Positions 21,981-31,612 of a stretch of 44,728 bases of DNA are shown here, one piece after another. The notes beneath the pieces are model-generated. The model was not told the DNA's origin, searched no databases, and saw only the letters and a program-made list of their open reading frames with translations. Each line of letters opens with the position of its first letter. Position 1 is the first letter of the stretch. A program made the position numbers and the translations under genes. This stretch comes from Acidobacteriota bacterium (GTDB lineage: Bacteria; Acidobacteriota; Thermoanaerobaculia; UBA5066): positions 1 through 44,728 of the forward strand of contig JBDTML010000073.1 of assembly GCA_039934255.1 (NCBI GenBank), given 5' to 3'.

Positions 21981-22607
21981 ATGACGCAGATGCGTTTCGC
22001 CCCGATCCTCCTCCTGCTTCTCGGGGCATCGGGAGACTCCATGGCCGTCGAAGAACCGAAATACCGCGTCGAGAAGGACTACGGGACGTTCGAGGTTCGC
22101 GTATACCGGCCCGTGATCGTCGCGGAAACCGACGTGACCGGCGCCTTCGGCGAAGGGACGAACGAGGGATTCCGCCGTCTCGCGGGCTACATCTTCGGCG
22201 CCAACGACGGCGGCCGGAAGATCGCGATGACCGCGCCCGTCGGAGCCGAGCCGGCGAAGGGAGCGAAGATCGCCATGACGGCGCCCGTCGGCACGGAGAA
22301 GGGAACGAACGGCTGGATCGTGAGCTTCACGATGCCATCTTCCTTCACGATGAGAACGCTGCCGGTTCCGGACGACGCACGCGTGCGGCTGCGCGAGGTT
22401 CCCGCGCGTCGCGTCGCGGCCGTGCGATTCTCGGGAACGTGGGGGGCCGAGAAGTTCGAGGCCGCCGCGCGCACCCTCGCCGCGGGGGCGAGGGACGCGG
22501 GCCTCGCCCCCGCGGACGGACCGCCCGTCTTCGCCCGTTATGACCCGCCGTGGACACCCTGGTTCCTTCGGCGAAACGAGGTCCTGATGGCTCTCGAGGG
22601 GCGCTGA
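21981..22607 (+). CDS. SOUL heme-binding family protein
   Basis: EEPKYRV, FEVRVY, GFRRLAGYIFG.N, KIAMTAPV (twice) and ARYDPPWTPWFLRRNEV; AAGGA SD. Confidence 0.9.
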   Translation: MTQMRFAPILLLLLGASGDSMAVEEPKYRVEKDYGTFEVRVYRPVIVAETDVTGAFGEGTNEGFRRLAGYIFGANDGGRKIAMTAPVGAEPAKGAKIAMTAPVGTEKGTNGWIVSFTMPSSFTMRTLPVPDDARVRLREVPARRVAAVRFSGTWGAEKFEAAARTLAAGARDAGLAPADGPPVFARYDPPWTPWFLRRNEVLMALEGR

Positions 22608-22641
22608 CGCCCTTACCGCGCCCGCCGACGCATTCCCGGCG

Positions 22642-23127
22642 TCAGCGAACGGTCATCACCGGGCAGGGCGCGATCGCGATCACCTGGCTCGCGATGCTTC
22701 CGATCACGAGCTTCTTCAAGCCGGTGCGGCCGTGTGTGCCGAGGATGACCAGAGACGCGCCGCTTTTCTCGGCCAGGTCGGCGAGCCGCTTCGCCGCATG
22801 GCCCGCGAGGATCTCGCCGCGAACGCGCACGCCCTCGGCCCGGACTTGGGCGAGAACCGGCTCGAGCTGCTTCTCGACGTCCTTGCGGATCGTGCCCTCG
22901 AGGTCGGCGGCGATGACGTCGTCCGCGATGCCCGAATGGCCCATGGAGGCGGGGGGCTCGTAGACGTGGGCCACGATGAGCTCCGCGCCTTCCTTACGCG
23001 CCATCTCGACGGCCTTCAGGAGCGCGGGGCCGGAGGCAGCTGAAAAATCCGTGGCGAAGACGATGGGGTTGAGGGCGACCGCCTTGGCGGCCGGGGTTCC
23101 GGGCTGGACGATCTGGAGCGTTGCCAT
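22642..23127 (-). CDS. Universal stress protein (UspA family)
   Basis: IVFATDFS, AHV, LVILGTHGRTG and GSIASQVI..APCPVMTVR; AGGAGG SD. Confidence 0.92.
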   Translation of the reverse strand: MATLQIVQPGTPAAKAVALNPIVFATDFSAASGPALLKAVEMARKEGAELIVAHVYEPPASMGHSGIADDVIAADLEGTIRKDVEKQLEPVLAQVRAEGVRVRGEILAGHAAKRLADLAEKSGASLVILGTHGRTGLKKLVIGSIASQVIAIAPCPVMTVR

Positions 23128-23248
23128 GGGACGCCTCCTTCTGAGCCTCTAAGGGTCTGATAGGTCCCACGTGCATAACCCGGCCATGAAGCAGATGAAT
23201 CACAACAGGGCTCGGCCGTGTGCGCCGAGTCGTAGACTAGCGGTTGCC

Positions 23249-25108
23249 GTGAAGCCAGGCCCCTATCGCTCGATCCCGGATCTTTTTCTTGCCCGCGTCA
23301 GCGCGACTCCGGAAGCGCCCGCGTTCCTCTACCCCGAAGAAGGTATCTGGAAGAGCCTGTCGTGGCGCGAAACCGCCTCGCGCGTGCGCGAGCTCGCGTG
23401 CGGACTCCTGTCCCTCGGTCTCTCGGCTGGCGATCGCGTGGCCATCGTCTCGTCCACGCGCCTCGAGTGGATCCTCGCCGATCTCGCCATCGCCTGCGCG
23501 GGCGGCGTGACGGCCACCGTCTACCCGGTCTCGACCGAGGAAGACACCTCCTTCATCCTGACCGATTCTCGGGCCGCGATCGTCTTCGCCGAGGACGCCG
23601 CCCAGGCCCGGCGAATCGTGAGCCGCCGCGACGCGCTCCCCCGCCTCCGCCAGCTCGTTCTGTTTGATGCGTCGGCGGGCCTTCCGGGCGACACGATGTC
23701 CCTCCTCGACCTCGCGGCTCTCGGCCGCGCGTGGGACGCGGCGCGTCCGGGCGGCTTCGACGCGGCGGCCGGGGCAGCCGGACCGTCCGATCTCGCGACG
23801 CTCATCTACACCTCCGGCACCACCGGCCGCCCCAAGGGAGTCGAGCTGCCGCACGACTGCTGGCTCTTCGAAATCGAGTCGATCGGCAAGCTGAATCTCC
23901 TCGGCCCGTCCGACCTTCAGTTCCTCTGGCTCCCGCTCGCGCACGTCTTCGGCAAGGTGTGCGTGACCCTCGGGATCGGCTTCGGATTCCCGACGGCCGT
24001 CGACGGACGCGTGGACCGCATCGCGGCTAACCTCGCGTCCGTCCGGCCCACGTTCGTCTGCGTCGTGCCGCGCATCTTCGAAAGGGTGCACGGGAAGATC
24101 CTCGAGCAGGCGCTCGCGGGCGGGAAGGCGAAGGCCGCGATCTTCCGGTGGGCGCTGCGGATCGGCACCGAAGTCGCACGGCGTCGAAGCGACGGCCGTG
24201 GCGTCGGGGTCTTCCTCGAAGCAAGGCGGCGGGTCGCGGACGCCCTCGTCTTCGAGAAGGTACGCCGGCGTTTCGGCGGACGCCTCCGCTTCTTCATCTG
24301 CGGCAGCGTCGCCCTGGCGCGCGAGCTCACCGAGTTCTTCGCGGCGTTCGGCGTCACGATCCTCGAGGGCTACGGCCTCTCGGAGTCGACGGCGATGACG
24401 GTCTCAAACCTTCCGGATCGAAACCGCTGGGGCACCGTCGGCCTCCCGATTCCCGGCATCGAGGTCTCGTTCGCGGGGGACGGGGAAATCCTTCTCCGCG
24501 GACGAGGGATCATGCGCGGCTATTTCGGCCTCCCCGAGGAAACGGCCCGCGTGATCGACCCGGACGGCTGGCTCCATACGGGCGACATCGGCGCCCTCGA
24601 CGCCGCGGGTCATCTCACGATCACCGACCGCAAGAAGGACCTCATCAAGACCTCGGGAGGGAAGTTCGTCGCGCCGCAGCACGTCGAAGGAAAGCTGAAG
24701 CTCGACATGCCGCTCATCGCGCAGGCGCTCCTGCACGGCGAAGGACGCCGATTCTGCATCGCGCTCATCAGCCTGTCCGAGGAGGAGCTTCTCGGGTGGG
24801 CGCGCGCCGAGGGGATACAGGGCCTGTCGTACGCGGAACTCGTGCGCGATGCGCGGGTCGTCGAGATCATCCACCGGCACGTCGAGCACGTGAACGCGCA
24901 CCTGGCGCGTTACGAGGCAATCCGGCGGTGGGCGATCCTGCCCGCGGAGCTGAAGATCGAAACGGGCGAGTTGACGCCCAGCCTGAAGGTCCGCCGGCGG
25001 GTCGTCGAGCAGCGCTACCGTGACGTGCTGGAAGGCCTGTATGCCGAAGTCCCCGCGGGCATTCAGGCGGATTCTCCCGAAGCCGTCACGGATTCGCGAT
25101 CGCCCTGA
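23249..25108 (+). CDS. fadD: Long-chain fatty acid-CoA ligase (AMP-dependent synthetase)
   Basis: IYTSGTTGRPKG, LPLAHVF, EGYGLSE, GWLHTGDIG, DRKKDLIKTSGGK and ELTPSLKVRR; start uncertain. Confidence 0.88.
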   Translation: MKPGPYRSIPDLFLARVSATPEAPAFLYPEEGIWKSLSWRETASRVRELACGLLSLGLSAGDRVAIVSSTRLEWILADLAIACAGGVTATVYPVSTEEDTSFILTDSRAAIVFAEDAAQARRIVSRRDALPRLRQLVLFDASAGLPGDTMSLLDLAALGRAWDAARPGGFDAAAGAAGPSDLATLIYTSGTTGRPKGVELPHDCWLFEIESIGKLNLLGPSDLQFLWLPLAHVFGKVCVTLGIGFGFPTAVDGRVDRIAANLASVRPTFVCVVPRIFERVHGKILEQALAGGKAKAAIFRWALRIGTEVARRRSDGRGVGVFLEARRRVADALVFEKVRRRFGGRLRFFICGSVALARELTEFFAAFGVTILEGYGLSESTAMTVSNLPDRNRWGTVGLPIPGIEVSFAGDGEILLRGRGIMRGYFGLPEETARVIDPDGWLHTGDIGALDAAGHLTITDRKKDLIKTSGGKFVAPQHVEGKLKLDMPLIAQALLHGEGRRFCIALISLSEEELLGWARAEGIQGLSYAELVRDARVVEIIHRHVEHVNAHLARYEAIRRWAILPAELKIETGELTPSLKVRRRVVEQRYRDVLEGLYAEVPAGIQADSPEAVTDSRSP

Positions 25109-25514
25109 GGATGTTGACGACCATCCCCGGCAGGCGACCCGGTTCGCTCTCGAGAGAGGACAGGAGGTTTCCCATCGTCGTGGCGCCATCCAGCTCCGCC
25201 CACCGGGAGACTTCCTTGGCGCTGGGACTGAGGTAGGCCATGTTCCAGGACCCGAATGCGCGCTCGTCGGTCTCTTCCTCGTGGAACACCTTGATTCCGC
25301 GGTGTCTCGGGTCGCGCTCGATCCTCTCCATGAGGTCGAGGACGTCGTCCTTCTCCCCCTCGAGGATCTGAAGGAACGCGCCGTCGACGAAGATGAGCAC
25401 GCCGGTGATGCCCCGCGACCGATTGCGGATCCGGGACTCCGCGAGCATTCCCTCGAGGTCCGGAGCGGCCAGGTCCGGCGCCGCCTCGGAGGAGTAGATC
25501 AGCCGAAAGGGCAT
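25086..25514 (-). CDS. Stand-alone BLUF blue-light photoreceptor
   Basis: LIYSS (Tyr), SR.RN...GITGVL, FLQILEG (Gln), RIERDPRH and RAFGSWNM (Trp/Met); AGGAGG SD. Confidence 0.92.
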   Translation of the reverse strand: MPFRLIYSSEAAPDLAAPDLEGMLAESRIRNRSRGITGVLIFVDGAFLQILEGEKDDVLDLMERIERDPRHRGIKVFHEEETDERAFGSWNMAYLSPSAKEVSRWAELDGATTMGNLLSSLESEPGRLPGMVVNILRAIANP

Positions 25515-25563
25515 GGAGGGCCTCCTGTGAGTGCGAGTCTAGAGCCCCGGGCCTCCCGTTCGT

Positions 25564-26112
25564 TCAGGTTCTCGCGGCCGCGCCGATCAGCCTCGCCCGG
25601 GTGAAGGGAATCAGCCCTCCCGCGTCGATGATCGCCTGCCGCGCCAGTGGAAGTGGCGTGATGTCGAATGCCGTGCGCTTCGTGCGATTCTCGACACACC
25701 CGCCGTCGAACAGAATCTCGTCCCCCTCGTCCGCCGCGAAGCCCGGCGCCACGACCACCTTGAGCCCGAGGTTGATCGCGTTCTGCAGGAAGATGCGCGC
25801 GAAGCTCTTCGCAACCACAACGACGCCGAGCCCCTTGAGGCACGACGCGGCCTGCTCGCGAGAGGAGCCGCAGCCGAAGTTGCTCCCCGCCGCGATGACC
25901 GCGCCCGGCGGGATGGACTTCGCCTTCACGGCCGCCTGGAAGCCGGCGTGGTCCGCGAACGCGAACGCGGGGGTCTCCGACGGAAGGACGGTCGCCATGT
26001 AGCGGCCCGGATAGACGAGGTCCGTCGAGACGTCGTCACCCAGGCTCAGGATGACGCGGATCATCTCGATGTTTTTGACACGGGTCTTGTCGGCCTTTCT
26101 GACGCGGGCCAT
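25564..26112 (-). CDS. 3-isopropylmalate dehydratase / homoaconitase small subunit (LeuD/HacB-like)
   Basis: GDDVSTDLVYPGRY, NFGCGSSREQA, AKSFARIFLQNAINLGL and IIDAGGLI. Confidence 0.88.
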   Translation of the reverse strand: MARVRKADKTRVKNIEMIRVILSLGDDVSTDLVYPGRYMATVLPSETPAFAFADHAGFQAAVKAKSIPPGAVIAAGSNFGCGSSREQAASCLKGLGVVVVAKSFARIFLQNAINLGLKVVVAPGFAADEGDEILFDGGCVENRTKRTAFDITPLPLARQAIIDAGGLIPFTRARLIGAAART

Positions 26113-26113
26113 C

Positions 26114-27421
26114 TCAGCGCTCCTTCCGCGGGTCGGTGATGACGCCGGTGAGGGCGGACGCCGCCGCGACGGCGGGCGACGCGAGGTAGACGTCGGCACC
26201 CGGGTTTCCCATCCGTCCCTTGAAATTCCGGTTCGTCGTCGAGATCGCCGTTTCGCCGTCGCCGAGAGCGCCCTCGTGGATTCCGAGGCAGGGGCCGCAG
26301 CCCGAGTTCATGACGACGGCGCCGGCGGCCATGAAGTCTCCGAGGTAGCCGAGACGCATCGCCTCGGCGTAAATCTTCGCGGACGCCGGGAAGACGAGCA
26401 TGCGCGTTCCGGCCGCCACGTGCCGGCCCCTCACGATGCGCGCAGCATCGGCGAGGTCGTCGAGCCGCCCGTTCGTGCACGACCCGAGGACGACCTGATG
26501 GACGGGGATTCCCTCGACCGCCGAGACGGGCTTGACGTTGTCGACCGTGTGCGGGCATGCAATGAGGGGCTCGAGCTCCGAGATGTCGACGGAGATCGAC
26601 CGCTCGAAAGACGCGTCGGCGTCGCTCGTCACGAGGTCGAGCGGATCGGTCACTCCCGCCTCCTCGCGAAGGTACCGCACCGTCTCCGCGTCGGCCGGAA
26701 CGATGCCCGACGTCGCGCCCGCCTCGACGGCCATGTTGCAGAGGACGAGGCGGCCCGACGTCGAGAGCCGCGCGATCGCGTCACCGGCAAACTCGAGGAC
26801 CCGAAAGTTCCCGCCCTGCGCCGTGAGGAGGCCGATGAGGTGGAGGATGAGGTCCTTCGGGCCCACGAAGTCCGCAAAGCGTCCCGAGACCTCGATGCGG
26901 ATCGTCGCGGGGACCTCGATATTCACGGCGGCACCGAGCGTCCAGGCGCTCGCCATCTCCGTGGCGCCTATCCCGAACGCGAACGCGCCCAGCGCGCCGT
27001 GGGTCGTCGTGTGGGAGTCGGTCCCAACGACGACCATGCCAGGCCGCACGTAGCCGCGCTCCGGGAGAATCTGGTGGCAGATGCCGCCCGTGTCGCCGCG
27101 GATGTCGTGGAATTTCTCGATTCCGTGCTCGGTGACGAAGGCGCGGACTCTCTTCTGGTTCGTGGCGGTCTTCGCCGACTCGGCCGGGACGCGGTGGTCG
27201 AAGATGATCGCAATGCGAGATGGGTCCCACGGCTTCGCCGCGATTCCCGTCCCTTCGTGGATGTCTTCGAACTGGTTGATGACGAGGGCGGCATTCTCGT
27301 GCGACATCGCGAGATCGACGCGCGGCTCGACGACGTCACCGGCGCGCACGAACCCCCGGCCCGACGCGCGCCCGAGGATCTTCTCGACGACGGTGGAGCC
27401 TCCGTTGCCTTTCTTCTTCAT
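26114..27421 (-). CDS. 3-isopropylmalate dehydratase / homoaconitase large subunit (LeuC/HacA-like)
   Basis: DHRVP, GICHQ, GTDSHTTTHGALG, GSCTNGR, CGPCLG, STTNRNFKGRMG and YLASP. Confidence 0.92.
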   Translation of the reverse strand: MKKKGNGGSTVVEKILGRASGRGFVRAGDVVEPRVDLAMSHENAALVINQFEDIHEGTGIAAKPWDPSRIAIIFDHRVPAESAKTATNQKRVRAFVTEHGIEKFHDIRGDTGGICHQILPERGYVRPGMVVVGTDSHTTTHGALGAFAFGIGATEMASAWTLGAAVNIEVPATIRIEVSGRFADFVGPKDLILHLIGLLTAQGGNFRVLEFAGDAIARLSTSGRLVLCNMAVEAGATSGIVPADAETVRYLREEAGVTDPLDLVTSDADASFERSISVDISELEPLIACPHTVDNVKPVSAVEGIPVHQVVLGSCTNGRLDDLADAARIVRGRHVAAGTRMLVFPASAKIYAEAMRLGYLGDFMAAGAVVMNSGCGPCLGIHEGALGDGETAISTTNRNFKGRMGNPGADVYLASPAVAAASALTGVITDPRKER

Positions 27422-27432
27422 GGTCCTTCCCT

Positions 27433-28560
27433 TCAATCTCGCGGGAGGGCGCGGGTGACCGCCTCGGCCATCTCACGGCACGTAGAGGTGCCTCCCATGT
27501 CGTACGTGCGGACCCTTCCCTCGCGGATGACGCCGGCGACGGCCTCTTCCACGGCGCGGCCCTTCGCGCCTTCCCCCAGCCAGTCGAGCATCATCCTCGC
27601 GGCGAGGATCGTCGCGATCGGGTTGACCTTGTTCTGTCCCGTGTACTTCGGCGCCGAGCCGTGGGACGGCTCGAACACGCCGAGCTTCACGCCGATGTTC
27701 CCCGAGCAGCCGAACCCGAGGCCGCCGACCATCTGCGCGCAGAGGTCGGAGATGATGTCTCCGTAGAGGTTCGGAGCGACGAGGACGTCGTAATTCGCGG
27801 GGTTCTTCAGGAGCCACATGCAGATCGCGTCGACGTTCGCTTCGTCGACCTGGATCCCGGGATACTCCGCCGCGACCTTCCGGGCCTCCTCGAGGAAGAT
27901 GCCGTCCGACGCGCGGACGACGTTCGCCTTGTGGACGATCGTGACTTTCTTGCGGTTGTTCGTTCGTGCGAACTCGAACGCTGCACGGGCGATTCGCTCG
28001 GAGCCCTTGCGCGTGTTGATCTTGCACGAGATTGCGTATTCGTCCCCTCGGAGGCCCTTGAATGGCGCGAAGGCCGGCGACAGATTCGCGAGCGTCCCGG
28101 AGAGCTCCGGGGGCACCGGCGAGAACTCGACGCCCGCGTACAGATCCTCGGTGTTCTCGCGGAACACGACGAGATCGAGGCCTTCCTTGAAGTTGAGCGG
28201 GTTGCTCGGGTAGGCCTTGCACGGCCTCAGGCAGACGTACAGATCGAAGAGCTGCCTCATCCGCACGATCGGCGAGCGATAGACGAGACCCTTGTCCCGA
28301 AGCGCTGGGGCCAGTTCGTCGAGGGCGGCTTTCGATGGTTTGGACGTGATCGCGCCGAACATCGCGGCATTAACGTTCTTCAGGAGCTCGATCGTCCGGG
28401 CCGGGAAGGCATCACCTTCGGCGCACCAGAAATCCCACCCGATGTCGCCGTGGGGGTACTCGGCGTCGAGGCCCACCGCGTCGAGGACGAGCCGCGTCGC
28501 GTCCATGACCTCCACGCCCACGCCGTCCCCCGGGAGCCACGCGATCCGGTAACGAGACAT
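27433..28560 (-). CDS. Isocitrate/isopropylmalate/homoisocitrate dehydrogenase family
   Basis: LPGDGVGVEV, FRENTEDLY, VHKANV, NLYGDIISDL, FEPSHGSAP and NPIATIL. Confidence 0.92.
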   Translation of the reverse strand: MSRYRIAWLPGDGVGVEVMDATRLVLDAVGLDAEYPHGDIGWDFWCAEGDAFPARTIELLKNVNAAMFGAITSKPSKAALDELAPALRDKGLVYRSPIVRMRQLFDLYVCLRPCKAYPSNPLNFKEGLDLVVFRENTEDLYAGVEFSPVPPELSGTLANLSPAFAPFKGLRGDEYAISCKINTRKGSERIARAAFEFARTNNRKKVTIVHKANVVRASDGIFLEEARKVAAEYPGIQVDEANVDAICMWLLKNPANYDVLVAPNLYGDIISDLCAQMVGGLGFGCSGNIGVKLGVFEPSHGSAPKYTGQNKVNPIATILAARMMLDWLGEGAKGRAVEEAVAGVIREGRVRTYDMGGTSTCREMAEAVTRALPRD

Positions 28561-28690
28561 AGACGCCCCTCCGACCGAAGTGTGTCCGATTGCGCCCGAC
28601 ATGTTCGTAACGCAGGTGCATCAGGTACCGCGCGCCGGGACGACCCTGGGCTCTGCGTGGCCTGCGATCCCGGGGGTTACAGGGAGAATC

Positions 28691-30229
28691 TCACTCCCAT
28701 TCGATCGTTCCGGGAGGCTTGGACGTGACGTCGTAGACGACGCGGTTGACGCCCCGCACCTCGCCCACGACGCGACGCGACACGCGGTCGAGAAGGTCGT
28801 GCGGGAGGCGCGCCCAGTCGGCGGTCATGAAGTCCTCGGTCGTGACGGCGCGGAGCGCGAGAACGTCCTCGTACGTCCGGCCGTCGCCCATGACACCAAC
28901 CGTCTTGACGGGGAGGAGAACCGCGAACGCCTGCGACGTTCGTTCGTACCAGCCCGAGTCGCGCAGCTCCTCGATGAAGATCGCGTCGGCTTCCTGGAGG
29001 ATGCGCACGCGTTCTTTGGTGATCTCGCCCGGCATGCGCACGGCGAGGCCGGGGCCCGGGAACGGATGCCGATGGAGCATCTCCTTCGGAATCCCCAGCT
29101 CCTCGCCGAGATGGCGGACCTCGTCCTTGAACAGCTCGCGAAGCGGCTCGAGGAGCTTGAATCCGAGTTTTTCGGGGAGGCCACCGACGTTGTGATGCGT
29201 CTTGATGACGGACGACGGGCCCTTGATCGAGACCGACTCGATCACGTCGGGATAGAGCGTCCCCTGCAGCAGCCACTCGGCGCCGTCCACCGCCTTCGCG
29301 TTCTCGGTGAAGACGTCGATGAAGAGGCCGCCGATGATCCTCCGCTTTCGCTCGGGCTCGATCACGCCCGCGAGGGCCGACAGAAACCGCTCCGACGCGT
29401 CGACCGCCGTGACGGGCAGCCCGAGGTGGCGGAACGCCTCCATCACCTGCCGGCCTTCGTGCTTGCGCAGGAGGCCCGTGTCGACGAAGACGCCGCGGAA
29501 GCGTTCCCCAACCGCCTCGCGGATGAGGACCGCCGCGACCGTCGAGTCGACGCCGCCCGAGAGCGCGCCGAGGACGAGGCCTCGCTTCACCTCGTCCCTG
29601 AGGTGCGCGACGGTCGCATCCCGGAATCCCGCCATCGTCCACGTGGGTTTCGCGCCGCAAACGTCGTAAAGGAAATTCTCGATCATCTGGGCGCCGTGCT
29701 CGGAGTGATGGACCTCCGGATGGCCCTGAATGCCGTACAGGCCGCGCTCCCCGTCTTCGAAGGCCGCGACCGGTGCGTTCTCCGTGTGGGCCGTCACGGC
29801 GAAGCCCACGGGCGGCGCTTCGACGTGGTCGCCGTGGCTCATCCAGACCGTTTCGACCGGCCCGAGGCCGCGGAAGAGACGCCCGCCTCGAACGTGCACG
29901 GAGGCCCGCCCATATTCCCGCCCGGGCGCGCTGCCGACGCGCCCCCCGAAACGCTGCGCGATCCACATCATTCCGTAGCAGAGCCCGAGCACCGGGACGC
30001 CGAGGTCGAAGAGTTCGGCGTCGCCCTGCGGCGCCCCGCCGTCGTAAACGCTCGAAGGGCCACCCGACAGGATGATTCCCTTGGGGCCGAGCTTCGCGAT
30101 CTCGGCGGCTTTCGCGTCGAACGGAAGGACGACCGACCGGACCCGCGCTTCGCGGATACGGCGCGCGATCACCTGCGTGAATTGGGAGCCAAAATCGAGA
30201 ACAACGACGGTGTCGACGGCGGCGCTCAC
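28691..30229 (-). CDS. guaA: GMP synthase (glutamine-hydrolysing)
   Basis: LDFGSQ, ILSGGPSSV, GLCYG, HPEV, ALSGGVDS, QGTLYPDVIES, HPFPGPGLA and KPPGTIEWE. Confidence 0.97.
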   Translation of the reverse strand: MSAAVDTVVVLDFGSQFTQVIARRIREARVRSVVLPFDAKAAEIAKLGPKGIILSGGPSSVYDGGAPQGDAELFDLGVPVLGLCYGMMWIAQRFGGRVGSAPGREYGRASVHVRGGRLFRGLGPVETVWMSHGDHVEAPPVGFAVTAHTENAPVAAFEDGERGLYGIQGHPEVHHSEHGAQMIENFLYDVCGAKPTWTMAGFRDATVAHLRDEVKRGLVLGALSGGVDSTVAAVLIREAVGERFRGVFVDTGLLRKHEGRQVMEAFRHLGLPVTAVDASERFLSALAGVIEPERKRRIIGGLFIDVFTENAKAVDGAEWLLQGTLYPDVIESVSIKGPSSVIKTHHNVGGLPEKLGFKLLEPLRELFKDEVRHLGEELGIPKEMLHRHPFPGPGLAVRMPGEITKERVRILQEADAIFIEELRDSGWYERTSQAFAVLLPVKTVGVMGDGRTYEDVLALRAVTTEDFMTADWARLPHDLLDRVSRRVVGEVRGVNRVVYDVTSKPPGTIEWE

Positions 30230-30254
30230 GCCGCGAAGTATAGGGGCGCGGCCG

Positions 30255-30821
30255 TCAGGTCGAATTTCGCCCGGGCCCGTTCTCGACCGCTCTCGCCCGC
30301 TGACGAAACCAGCCGATCAACGCGCGAGGTCCCGCCGCGATGCCGCCCGCGAAGAGCCCGGCCGCCACGGCCGCAAACGCGGCGAGCGCGACGAGAAGCG
30401 GCCCGACGTTGATGCCCCCCGGAAGGTCCCCGCCATGCGCGACGCGATGCAGCGATGCGCCGAAAGCGATGGCGGCCAGAGCGGTAACGGCGAGGAACGA
30501 CCAGCGGCTCTCAGGCGGCAGGGATGGGTCGGCTCGGCGGGCTCGGCCCCGCGCCCAGAGGGGCGCCGCTGCCGAGGCACCGACATCGGCGAAGAAAAGC
30601 AGGAGACCCGCCATGAGGTAGGGCGGCAGGAAGAACACGGTCGACGCCGTGATGAAGCGCACGAGGGGCCTCCTCGTGAGAGCCGCCCCGAGGGCGTCGG
30701 CGAGGATCGGATACGGCGCGAAGGACTCGGCGGCTCGAGGGTGGACCACGAGGTACGTGCCGAGAACGAGGAGGAAGGCTCCGGGAACCGCCAGAAGAAA
30801 TGCGCGCGCCGTCCGAAACAT
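30255..30821 (-). CDS. Hypothetical membrane protein
   Basis: About four hydrophobic segments; starts 2 nt after the SLT gene stop on the same strand. Confidence 0.6.
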   Translation of the reverse strand: MFRTARAFLLAVPGAFLLVLGTYLVVHPRAAESFAPYPILADALGAALTRRPLVRFITASTVFFLPPYLMAGLLLFFADVGASAAAPLWARGRARRADPSLPPESRWSFLAVTALAAIAFGASLHRVAHGGDLPGGINVGPLLVALAAFAAVAAGLFAGGIAAGPRALIGWFRQRARAVENGPGRNST

Positions 30822-30823
30822 CG

Positions 30824-31591
30824 TCAGAGCGCCGCGCGCCCGAGCCGCGCCGGAGGGCCCCAGAACGCCAGAACACGCCTCACGTACTCGCGGGTCTCGC
30901 GGTACGGCGGCACGCCTCCGTACTCCTCCACGGCGTTCTCCCCCGCGTTGTAGGCCGCGAGGATGAGGTCCGCGTTCGTCTCACCGAAGCGCTCGGCCAG
31001 CTCGGCGAGGTACGCGGCACCTCCCCGGATGTTGTCCTTCGGGTCGAACGGGCGTTTCACGCCGAGGCGTTGCGCGGTGGCCGGCATGAGCTGCATGAGT
31101 CCGCGTGCGCCTTTCCGCGAGACCGCGGTTGGAACGCCGTTGGATTCAGCGCGAATGACCGCCGCGATGAACGCGGGGTCGACCCGGTGCTCCTTCGCAG
31201 CGGCGAGAATCTGCGCGGAGTAGGGGGATGAGAAGGAAGAGGAAGAGAGAGAGAGAGTCTCCGAGAAGGCGCGGACGGAGCGGCTCGCTCCGGCAGACGG
31301 CTCGGGGGCGGGTCCGGCTTCTTTGGCGTCCTCAGGGAGGATCGGAGCGGGGCGCTCATACTCCTCGTCCACGATGCGCTCGACGACGTCGAGCGGGATC
31401 GTCATGGAGCCGCCACCGTGGAGCCCGACCGTGAGTCGGTCGCCTCCGACGACTTCGTAGCTCGCGACCCGTATGTGGCGACCGTCCTCGAACACGACGA
31501 GGGTGGCAGCCGCAGGCCGTGAAAAAAGAGAGATGCTGAGAACGGCGAAGGCAAGGCCCGCGGCTCTGGTCGCTCTTCCCTTTCTAAGCAA
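30824..31591 (-). CDS. Lytic transglycosylase (SLT domain) with signal peptide
   Basis: AVIRAES, AVSRKGARGLMQLMP, NIRGG, LAAYNAGE, YGGVPPYRETREYV; start uncertain. Confidence 0.9.
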   Translation of the reverse strand: MLRKGRATRAAGLAFAVLSISLFSRPAAATLVVFEDGRHIRVASYEVVGGDRLTVGLHGGGSMTIPLDVVERIVDEEYERPAPILPEDAKEAGPAPEPSAGASRSVRAFSETLSLSSSSFSSPYSAQILAAAKEHRVDPAFIAAVIRAESNGVPTAVSRKGARGLMQLMPATAQRLGVKRPFDPKDNIRGGAAYLAELAERFGETNADLILAAYNAGENAVEEYGGVPPYRETREYVRRVLAFWGPPARLGRAAL

Positions 31592-31612
31592 GACTTTCTT
31601 CTCCTTCTTCTT

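Noticed and set aside
22218-22291. 48-bp-period direct repeat encoding KIAMTAPVG twice
   Set aside because: A common internal duplication in SOUL-family proteins; not a CRISPR or mobile repeat.
23172-23187. Sigma54-like TGGC..TGCA upstream of the usp gene (minus strand)
   Set aside because: GG-to-GC spacing is 9 nt rather than the required 10.
28583-28601. TGTC..GACA imperfect palindrome upstream of the dehydrogenase, loosely like the parB palindrome
   Set aside because: Different length (19 bp) and only 4-5 bp arms.
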